Assembly (NCBI GenBank): GCA_013335095.1
Contig: JAAXWF010000002.1
Location: 269,566-333,565 of the forward strand
From: a candidate division WWE3 bacterium
GTDB lineage: Bacteria > Patescibacteriota > 4484-211 > GCA-002791395
Length of the DNA: 64,000 nt
Reading direction: 5' to 3'
The notes beneath the pieces are model-generated. The model worked only from the letters and a program-made list of their open reading frames with translations, had not been told where the DNA came from and did no database searches. Shown piece by piece: positions 54,810 through 64,000 of this stretch; the stretch's first letter is position 1; each line of letters starts with the position of its first letter. The translations under genes were made by a program, and so were the position numbers.

Positions 54810-56015
54810 TCAGATTTGGCTTGTCAAGGAATAAATCGGCATAATTAGGCTGATAACTAAGAAACCGACCATCACCCCTAAGACGACCATCACAATTGGT
54901 TCAATTGCGCTCGCCAAATTATCCGTTTTACGTGATGCTTCTGATTCAAAATATTGTGATATTTTCTGTAAGACATCATCAACCTTACCTGTTTGTTCGC
55001 CAACTGCTAACATCTCCGACAGTAGGGGAGGGAATTCTTCGTGTTGTTTGAAGGCATCAGCAAGAGTCTTTCCTTTCTCGATCATAGAAGCAGAATCTTC
55101 TGCTGCTTTTCGATAAATACGATTTGCTAACGTTTCTTTCGAGATATCGATTGCTTCTAAAAGCGGTATACCTGATGAAACCAACATTCCTAATGTACGG
55201 GTAAATGACGTCAATTGGACCTGAGAGCTAAGCTCTCCAAATACTGGAGTTTTTAACTTAACTCGCGCGACCTGATCTTCGATTTCAGGATTCTTCATAA
55301 GCTGTCGCAAACCAAACCAACCACCAACTAGTCCAACGATAAACAACCACCAATATTTTGTTAATGCACCACTAAAATCGATCAATATTTGAGTCATGAA
55401 AGGTAGATCAGCATCGAGATCTTCATAGAGTTCGGCTAATCGAGGAATCACAAAGAAAAACATTATTCCTAAAACCAGAACCATCACGAATACGATGATC
55501 GCCGGATAAATTAATGCGCCTTGTACTTTCCCTTTAAATTCTGTTTCAGCTTCCATTGTGTCAGCCAACCTACTTAGGATATTTTCAAGATTACCAGAGG
55601 CTTCACCCGCTTTTATCAATGACAAATATAACCGTCCAAATTCTTTTTCATATTGGGAAAGAGCATTATAAAAACTGGAGCCGCCATCGATCTGCCGAAC
55701 GATGTCATTAATAACTTGCGCAAAATATTCACTCCTTGTTTGGTTGGCTAAGATGCGTAATGCCTGATTAATTGGAAGACCTGAGCCGATCATCGTTCCT
55801 AGTTGGCGGGTAAACACGACTTTATCTTGGGTTGGTACACCTCGGAAACGATTGAGAAAGCTATCGACACTGTTCGCATTTTCTTCATTTAAAGACGTTA
55901 CAATGTAATTGCGGGCACGTAATGCATCAGAAGCTTGCTGGCGACTAACCGCCTTCATCGAACCTGTATGTGGGATTCCGTCCGCATCAACTGCGGAATA
56001 TTTAAAACTCTTCAT
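54810..56015 (-). CDS. pilC: Type IV pilus platform protein PilC (GspF family)
   Basis: A 401-aa ORF with two GspF repeats and three TM helices. It sits between pilT and pilA. Confidence 0.85.
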   Translation of the reverse strand: MKSFKYSAVDADGIPHTGSMKAVSRQQASDALRARNYIVTSLNEENANSVDSFLNRFRGVPTQDKVVFTRQLGTMIGSGLPINQALRILANQTRSEYFAQVINDIVRQIDGGSSFYNALSQYEKEFGRLYLSLIKAGEASGNLENILSRLADTMEAETEFKGKVQGALIYPAIIVFVMVLVLGIMFFFVIPRLAELYEDLDADLPFMTQILIDFSGALTKYWWLFIVGLVGGWFGLRQLMKNPEIEDQVARVKLKTPVFGELSSQVQLTSFTRTLGMLVSSGIPLLEAIDISKETLANRIYRKAAEDSASMIEKGKTLADAFKQHEEFPPLLSEMLAVGEQTGKVDDVLQKISQYFESEASRKTDNLASAIEPIVMVVLGVMVGFLVISLIMPIYSLTSQI

Positions 56016-56051
56016 AGTTGCCTGTGTACCTAACTGAGATCAGTTTCATTC

Positions 56052-57107
56052 TTATCGTCCTAACAATCGAGATAGTTCATCAGGACGGAGAGTATGTGAC
56101 AAAGCTTGTTCTCGGGTAATCTTACCAGTTTTAACTAACACAAACAGTGATTGCTCAAGTGACATCATTCCCATTTCCTGCGAGGTGAGGATTTGGTTAT
56201 CAATTTGGTGAGTCTTACCTTCACGAATCAACGAACGTATGGCGGGATTCATTAACATAACCTCGGTAGCAGGGTAACGGCCACCTTCTATTGCCGGAAT
56301 AAGGCGCTGACTAATAACACCCTCCAGAGTCATCGCCAACTGTGCACGAACCTGGGCTTGCTGATGCTCTGGAAACACATCAATAATACGGTTGATTGTT
56401 GCAGCAGCACTGTTTGTATGCAACGTTGAGAAAACTAAATGTCCTGTTTCGGCGATCGTTAATGCCGCAGCAATTGTTTCATAATCGCGCATTTCGCCAA
56501 TAAGCACGACATCAGGATCTTCACGTAGTGCAGATCTAAGAGCAATATCCCAAGAATGCGTATCTAAATGGAGTTCACGTTGAGAGACCAATGAACGACG
56601 ATGGGGGAACACATATTCTATCGGATCTTCAATGGTAATAATGTGAGCAGAACGATTCTCGTTAATTTCATTGATCATCGCCGCTAAAGTAGTAGACTTA
56701 CCATCACCGGTCGGTCCAGTAACCAGAACAAATCCTTGTGGTAGCCGTGTAAAATTGCGAAGCAGAGGAGGTAGGTTCAATTCTTCAAGCGTACGAATTT
56801 GTACCGGAATGTAACGCAGCGCGGCCGACATGTATCCCTTTTGATGGTACACATTAACACGAAAACGAGCGACTTCACCCAGAGCAAAAGAAAAATCTAG
56901 TTCTTTATTAGCTTCAAGTGCATGCTTCTGATCCTCAGTCAAAATAGAGTGGATCAATTGGGTGATAGATTCTTCGTTAAGCGGTGTATATCCTTGAACA
57001 GGAACCAATGTTCCATCAATACGAATGGTCGGCATAGCCCCGACCATAAGATGTAAGTCACTAGCATTCTTTTTTACAACTTCTTCGAGCAGTTCTTGAA
57101 TCGTCAT
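56052..57107 (-). CDS. pilT: Twitching-motility retraction ATPase PilT
   Basis: A 351-aa ORF with Walker A GPTGDGKST, an Asp box, Walker B and His box. The N-terminus reads ASDLHLMVGAMPTIRIDG. Confidence 0.9.
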   Translation of the reverse strand: MTIQELLEEVVKKNASDLHLMVGAMPTIRIDGTLVPVQGYTPLNEESITQLIHSILTEDQKHALEANKELDFSFALGEVARFRVNVYHQKGYMSAALRYIPVQIRTLEELNLPPLLRNFTRLPQGFVLVTGPTGDGKSTTLAAMINEINENRSAHIITIEDPIEYVFPHRRSLVSQRELHLDTHSWDIALRSALREDPDVVLIGEMRDYETIAAALTIAETGHLVFSTLHTNSAAATINRIIDVFPEHQQAQVRAQLAMTLEGVISQRLIPAIEGGRYPATEVMLMNPAIRSLIREGKTHQIDNQILTSQEMGMMSLEQSLFVLVKTGKITREQALSHTLRPDELSRLLGR

Positions 57108-57172
57108 AATCTACGTAATTAAATGTAACGACTTTGCCGGCCGATTGCAAGTAGTTAGTCTTTGTTCAGTTA

Positions 57173-57664
57173 TTACAGAGGTACCGCGAGCGAATTCTCG
57201 GTTACTTGCCGTAATTCAGGATAAAGCAATATTCGGTCCAATGATTCTTCGTCAATAACAGCACTCACCGAAGCAATGTATTTTAGAGTCCCCGTTACAC
57301 GAAAAGTATAACCATCCATATACTGAATAAGAGCTTGCTGCTTCTGTGAAATCATGTCAAAAAACTCCTGTTCATATTCGATGCCTGGGTAGTCGTCAGA
57401 CTTTAGTGTCACAATAACAAGTATTTCATTTTGCGATTTTAGTTTCTCTCGTAGAGAAGCTACTAATTCATCTTGGGATGAACCAATTGGAGTAATGGTA
57501 GGGCCAATAACATACGGGGTGGGGGATATCACTGTGTCATTATTGTCGGGATTAGTTTCATAACCATTTTTTATGCCTAAAACAATAACAGCAAAAACTA
57601 AACATACAACAGAAAATATTGCCAGAAGTTCAATTAATCCAAAACCGAAATTGCGACCTTTCAT
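57173..57664 (-). CDS. Type IV prepilin-like protein (pseudopilin)
   Basis: The class III signal is MKGRNFG|FGLIELLAIFSVVCLV. Confidence 0.65.
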   Translation of the reverse strand: MKGRNFGFGLIELLAIFSVVCLVFAVIVLGIKNGYETNPDNNDTVISPTPYVIGPTITPIGSSQDELVASLREKLKSQNEILVIVTLKSDDYPGIEYEQEFFDMISQKQQALIQYMDGYTFRVTGTLKYIASVSAVIDEESLDRILLYPELRQVTENSLAVPL

Positions 57665-57715
57665 TAGATAATAAATACTATACCCACTAATTTAATACAT
57701 AACAACTGACTGAAT

Positions 57716-59422
57716 TTATTCTTGAATAACTCGTAAGACTTCTTCAAGCGGAGTTTGACCGTTAATAACTTTTAAGAATCCATCCTGAATCATCCGTACC
57801 ATACCTTCGGAAACAGCCTGTTTTTCAACGACATCGGCGGTTTCTCTTTCAAGCACTAAACGACCGACTTTCTCTGACATCGGTAGAACTTCATAAATTC
57901 CCATTCGTCCTAAATATTCTTTTCCGTTCTCGGCATCAGCCTTTAGTCGTGAAAGCATGAGTTCGCCTTCTTTTATTTCTTTCGGAAATAATGGCCCCAA
58001 GGCATTTCGGATCATTTGCTCAGTTTCTTCACCTGGATTATATTTTTCGGTCATCTCGGGATTTAGTACGCGCACCAGTCGCTGGCCAACAACCAACTGT
58101 ATCGTCGAAGCAAGAAGAAATGGTTCGGCACCCATATCAAGCATACGAGGAAGTGCACCCGCCGCCGAATTAGTGTGGATTGTCGAAAATACTAAGTGAC
58201 CAGTTAGGGATGCCTGAATCGCTAAGTCAAGGGTTTCTTTATCTCGGATTTCTCCAACCATTATCACATTCGGATCTTGCCGTAACAGGGCACGTAGTCC
58301 ATTCGCAAACGTTAAACCAGCTTTTGGATTAATCTGACTTTGATTCACACCAGGAATCGTGTACTCAACCGGATCTTCGAGTGTAGAAATATTTACCTCA
58401 ACTTTGTTTATCATAGTCAATGCAGTACGCAAAGTTGTCGTCTTACCACTACCGGTTGGACCGGTGATCAAGATAATACCATCACTCTTTTGAATCGCCG
58501 TTTGAAAATTCTTACGTGCAGTACCGATCATACCCAACTCATCAAGCGTTAATACTCGAGCACTTTTACGCAGCAATCGCATAACAACTTTTTCACCATT
58601 CGAAACGGGTAGGGTAGACACACGAAGATCAACGCTATCCTTACCAGCAGTGAATGAAAATCGTCCATCTTGAGGAACACGTTTTTCATCAATCTTCAAA
58701 TCTGACAAAATTTTGATACGCGATATCACTGCATCATGAACTCGTTTTGGGAGCGATAACCGTTCACGTAACACACCATCTAGACGAAATCGAACCCGAC
58801 TCCGATCCTCAAGCGGTTCGATGTGCACATCCGATGCCTTTGCTTTTATCGCATACTCCAAGATCGTAGAAACGATACGCGCAACCGGAGCAGAGTTGAC
58901 CAGTTCCTGAGCTTTATCAAGTGACGCTAGTTCTTGTTCGACTTTCTTTGTCTCTGATTCGGTTTCCTTTAATGCAGCATTAACCTCTTTTTCCATTCCG
59001 ACGTTATAGTTTTGATTGATCGACTTGATAATTTCTTCAGGCACAGCAAGAAGTGGTTCGATCTTTGTACCCGTCTTAGCCTCCAAAAATTCAATCACTT
59101 GAAGATCAAGAGGATCCTTCATAGCTACCTGTAACTTTCCATCCGCTTCACGAATTGGAACTAACGTATAATGTCGTGCAACTGATTCTGGGATTTTAAC
59201 TAGAACATCAGAAGATACCGTGGTAGTAGAAACATCAAAAAACGGAATTTTGAGCATCTCAGCACGAGCTTGAACAACTTGAGTTACGGTGACCCATCCC
59301 TTATCAAGCAATATCTGCTCCATATCTTGACCCGTGTTGATCTGCTCAACTTTGGCTTGAGAAGCTTGATCAGGAGTTAGACCACCTTGCTGAACTAATA
59401 TGTCGGCGAGATCTGTTTTCAC
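57716..59422 (-). CDS. pilB: Type IV pilus assembly ATPase PilB (GspE family)
   Basis: A 568-aa ORF. An N-terminal GspE_N-like domain precedes Walker A GPTGSGKTT and the tetracysteine-less PilB-like core LVFSTIHTNSAAG. Confidence 0.9.
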   Translation of the reverse strand: MKTDLADILVQQGGLTPDQASQAKVEQINTGQDMEQILLDKGWVTVTQVVQARAEMLKIPFFDVSTTTVSSDVLVKIPESVARHYTLVPIREADGKLQVAMKDPLDLQVIEFLEAKTGTKIEPLLAVPEEIIKSINQNYNVGMEKEVNAALKETESETKKVEQELASLDKAQELVNSAPVARIVSTILEYAIKAKASDVHIEPLEDRSRVRFRLDGVLRERLSLPKRVHDAVISRIKILSDLKIDEKRVPQDGRFSFTAGKDSVDLRVSTLPVSNGEKVVMRLLRKSARVLTLDELGMIGTARKNFQTAIQKSDGIILITGPTGSGKTTTLRTALTMINKVEVNISTLEDPVEYTIPGVNQSQINPKAGLTFANGLRALLRQDPNVIMVGEIRDKETLDLAIQASLTGHLVFSTIHTNSAAGALPRMLDMGAEPFLLASTIQLVVGQRLVRVLNPEMTEKYNPGEETEQMIRNALGPLFPKEIKEGELMLSRLKADAENGKEYLGRMGIYEVLPMSEKVGRLVLERETADVVEKQAVSEGMVRMIQDGFLKVINGQTPLEEVLRVIQE

Positions 59423-60131
59423 ACTCCCATGCTATACTTCTGTTAATATGGCGTCAAGCTCATACCTGCTCATAGATCCCGCTGGAGCAACCAGTCTTTC
59501 GTCTCATCCCGATAATTACATCATCAATAATCGATCCGGCTACGGAATAGATGAAATTCGAAAGTTTAATAGCTGGGTTCAACGTAAACCATTTTCGCGA
59601 CAGTATAAATTGGCCCTCATTATTCATGCCGAACATGTTAGCGTTGAAGGACAGAATGCGTTACTTAAAACGTTAGAGGAACCACCCCAACAAACGTTTA
59701 TTTTTTTATCAACCAAAAACAAGGAGTTACTTTTACCAACGATACTCAGCCGATGCCAAATGATTACACTAACAGAACTAACTCAAGGCAAAATCCCACA
59801 TCACCCAGACCAAGAAAGTTGGGAAAAAAATATCATCGAACAAGAGGTTTCCCATGATCCGATTGAACAATTTCCAGTTCTGCAATCGATGACTGACGTA
59901 TTTGAACAGGCGAAAAAGTATTCTTCAACAGACCGAATTCAACTTCAACAAGTATTCGAGGAATGGGGGAAACAAACGTTGGAAAACCCTAATACTGCTA
60001 ATTATCAATTAGCTGAATTCATCATCCAAGCCAAAGAGCATTTAACCCACAATACAAACGTACAACACACGTTAGAAGTTCTTTTTATGCAGGCTTTTAA
60101 CATCTCGACATCGAAAAATGAAGCTGTTTAA
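59400..60131 (+). CDS. holB: DNA polymerase III delta-prime-like clamp-loader subunit (degenerate, no Walker A)
   Basis: The RFC box VII-like LKTLEEPP and the SRC-like motif ILSRCQ are present. The alternative start is the ATG at 59448. Confidence 0.55.
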   Translation: MSARSVFTLPCYTSVNMASSSYLLIDPAGATSLSSHPDNYIINNRSGYGIDEIRKFNSWVQRKPFSRQYKLALIIHAEHVSVEGQNALLKTLEEPPQQTFIFLSTKNKELLLPTILSRCQMITLTELTQGKIPHHPDQESWEKNIIEQEVSHDPIEQFPVLQSMTDVFEQAKKYSSTDRIQLQQVFEEWGKQTLENPNTANYQLAEFIIQAKEHLTHNTNVQHTLEVLFMQAFNISTSKNEAV

Positions 60132-60173
60132 CTTGTCCGAAGTAGAACCTAGATGCTAAAATGACACCGTCTT

Positions 60174-62198
60174 ATGGCCGAACCAAAATATTCCTCTTAT
60201 GATGCCAGTTCTATTCAAGTTCTCGAAGGATTAGAGCCAGTCCGCAAGCGTCCCGCCATGTATATAGGCGACACCGGTGTATATGGTTACCATCACCTTT
60301 TAACCGAAATCGTAAACAACTCAGTTGATGAAGCACTTAGTGGATATGCGGATACGATTTGGGTAATCCTCCATCCTAATAATGCAGTCACCGTAATAGA
60401 TAACGGCCGGGGAATGCCGTTTGACGAACACCCTCAGTACAAAAAAAGTGCCTTAGAGATAACAATGACAATCCTGCACTCAGGCGGAAAATTCTCTGGG
60501 GAAGGATATAAAGTTAGCGGAGGATTGCATGGAGTTGGCGTTTCGGTAGTAAACGCAGTCAGTGAACGAACGCGGGTCGAAATCAAACGTGGTAACGTTG
60601 TGGTTTCACAGGAATTCTCTCGAGGTGGGGTACATAAAGAATTTGAAAAGACTAAAGCAAAATCAGATCAGCTCGAAACCCCTGAATATTCAAAAATTTG
60701 GGAGTATAAACTTCAGAACTGGAAGGCAGAATCGGGAACAGCATTTACGTTTGTACCCGATGAAGAAATCTTTCCCTCGGTAAAAGAATTTGATTACGAT
60801 CGAATTAAGCGCCAATTACGTGATTATGCCTTTTTAACCGGAGGGGTCAAATTCCACCTTATCGACGAACGAGATGTAACAAAACCAGTTCGGGCTTATC
60901 AGTTTTATTTTGAGGGTGGTATTCAATCATTTGTAAAATATCTGAATCGTCAAAACCATCCAATCATGGCAACTCCGTTTTACGCCAATAAAGATGTCGT
61001 ACTTAATGAACAAACCGGAGAAACGGCACAAATCGAAATAGCCATGCAGTATCATGATGAATACACGTTTGATATCCTCTCGTTTGTAAACAATATCCAC
61101 ACACCCGAGGGTGGTACTCATGAAGCTGGATTTAAAACCGCATTAACTCGAGTAGTAAATGATTATTCCCGCAAAGAAGGTCTTATCGGCGAGAAAAGTG
61201 ACAATTTAACAGGGGATGACATCCGCGAAGGATTGACCGCAATTGTGTCGGTCAAAATGAACTCGAAGAACCTCCAATTTGAAGGACAAACCAAACAAAA
61301 ACTGGGTAATCCCGAGGTCCGTTCTGCTGTTGAAACAGTATTAAGCACCGCATTAAGTACCTATCTAGCAGAAAATCCAGCTGATGCAAAAACAATTATT
61401 CAAAAAGCAAACCTCGCACAACAAGCCCGCAACGCAGCGAAAAAAGCACGTGAAACAGTCTTACGAAAAAGCGCATTGGCATCGGCCAGTTTGCCTGGCG
61501 TTTTGGCTGATTGTAGAGAAAAAGAGCCACATAAAGCCGAAATATTTGTCGTTGAAGGAATTAGTGCTGGAGGAAGTGCAAAGCAAGCCCGAGATAGTCA
61601 GTTCCAAGCCGTACTACCACTCAGTGGTAAGCCAATCAACACCGAAAAGAATCGTCTCGATCGAGTGCTTGCAAACGAAAAATTACGCGACATGTTGGTA
61701 GCATTAGGCTGTGGAGTCGGTGAGGAAATTGATTTAGAAAATCTACGCTACCATCGAATAATCTTAATGGCCGATGCCGATGTTGATGGAGAACACATTA
61801 CGACATTGATCCTGACATTCCTTTTCCGTCAGCTTCGTGGACTAATAGAGCATGGATACGTGTATTTGGCTCAACCACCGTTGTTTACGGTTAAAGCAGG
61901 CAAAGAACATGCCCATGTATTCACCGAACAAGAACGAGACCTTGTAGTAGATCAGTACGTTGCCAAAGGATTTAAACGAGACAATATAAATATTCAGCGT
62001 TTTAAAGGTTTGGGAGAGATGAATGCTGAACAATTATGGGAAACAACAATGAACCCCGAAAATCGGATCTTAAAGAAAGTTTCTATTGATGACGCAATGA
62101 GTGCTGATCAGACATTTTCAATGCTCATGGGGGATGATGTATTACCGCGCAAGAGATTCATTCAAACCCATGCGCGAATGGCAAATCTTGATGTGTAA
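60174..62198 (+). CDS. gyrB: DNA gyrase subunit B (compact form)
   Basis: YDASSIQVLEGLEPVRKRPAMYIGDTG is the N-terminal signature. The GHKL ATPase, the Toprim motifs EGISAGGSA and PLSGKP, and the C-terminal QRFKGLGEM are all present. Confidence 0.95.
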   Translation: MAEPKYSSYDASSIQVLEGLEPVRKRPAMYIGDTGVYGYHHLLTEIVNNSVDEALSGYADTIWVILHPNNAVTVIDNGRGMPFDEHPQYKKSALEITMTILHSGGKFSGEGYKVSGGLHGVGVSVVNAVSERTRVEIKRGNVVVSQEFSRGGVHKEFEKTKAKSDQLETPEYSKIWEYKLQNWKAESGTAFTFVPDEEIFPSVKEFDYDRIKRQLRDYAFLTGGVKFHLIDERDVTKPVRAYQFYFEGGIQSFVKYLNRQNHPIMATPFYANKDVVLNEQTGETAQIEIAMQYHDEYTFDILSFVNNIHTPEGGTHEAGFKTALTRVVNDYSRKEGLIGEKSDNLTGDDIREGLTAIVSVKMNSKNLQFEGQTKQKLGNPEVRSAVETVLSTALSTYLAENPADAKTIIQKANLAQQARNAAKKARETVLRKSALASASLPGVLADCREKEPHKAEIFVVEGISAGGSAKQARDSQFQAVLPLSGKPINTEKNRLDRVLANEKLRDMLVALGCGVGEEIDLENLRYHRIILMADADVDGEHITTLILTFLFRQLRGLIEHGYVYLAQPPLFTVKAGKEHAHVFTEQERDLVVDQYVAKGFKRDNINIQRFKGLGEMNAEQLWETTMNPENRILKKVSIDDAMSADQTFSMLMGDDVLPRKRFIQTHARMANLDV

Positions 62199-62219
62199 TA
62201 TTTTCTGATCATCGAAGAG

Positions 62220-64000
<1,781 letters not shown>

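Overview
This 64 kb window is low-GC, gene-dense bacterial chromosome, read under the standard code (TAA, TAG and TGA all end confidently identified genes). Its overall character suggests a reduced, possibly Patescibacteria/CPR-like genome. The evidence is a trimmed thrS, a short gyrB and pheT, a tRNA with encoded CCA, a large type IV pilus investment and a dockerin-bearing glycoside hydrolase. This placement is inference only.

Content in order:
- tig 3' end, a divergent GH1 hydrolase and tRNA-Val(GAC).
- An ABC exporter.
- An unusual accessory block: three tandem GC-rich paralogous ORFs of about 260 aa with mscL embedded among them (5439-8471).
- An orphan GAF-PAS histidine kinase.
- A secreted clan-A glycoside hydrolase with a C-terminal dockerin.
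- Two small GC-rich ORFs, each behind a recurrent promoter motif.
- A HlyD / MacB-ATPase / FtsX-permease exporter.
- A 676 bp gap with no intact gene, carrying a broken reading frame.
- Two large unknown membrane proteins diverging from a region with a CRP/FNR-type palindrome.
- MFS transporter, lipoprotein and an alpha/beta hydrolase.
- A GtrB/GtrA/GT-C-like glycosylation module with an M50 protease.
- A histidine kinase / receiver pair.
- The classic thrS-infC-rpmI-rplT-pheS-pheT cluster, with a GC-rich ORF inserted between thrS and infC and a T-box-like terminator leader before thrS.
- manC, a class A PBP, and rsmD-rpmF-nusB-rnc-rpsP-KH.
- Two minus-strand type IV pilus loci: pilMNO, then minor pilins, pilD, pilA, pilC, pilT, a pseudopilin and pilB, plus a 650-aa secreted protein.
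- holB-like, gyrB, a family II pyrophosphatase-like DHH protein and the gyrA 5' end.

The most novel candidate is the triplicated GC-rich family around mscL, which shows an internal two-domain repeat and a Roadblock/LC7-like motif. The second candidate is a set of compositionally distinct GC-rich ORFs, several sitting behind a shared cccatagcRtttgact promoter module.

Search space: the 64-kb window on both strands, the six-frame ORF track supplied, and hand reading of intergenic regions for promoters, hairpins and repeats. No similarity search, structure prediction or RNA folding could be run, so all family assignments rest on recognised motifs and every hypothesis below names the computation that would decide it.
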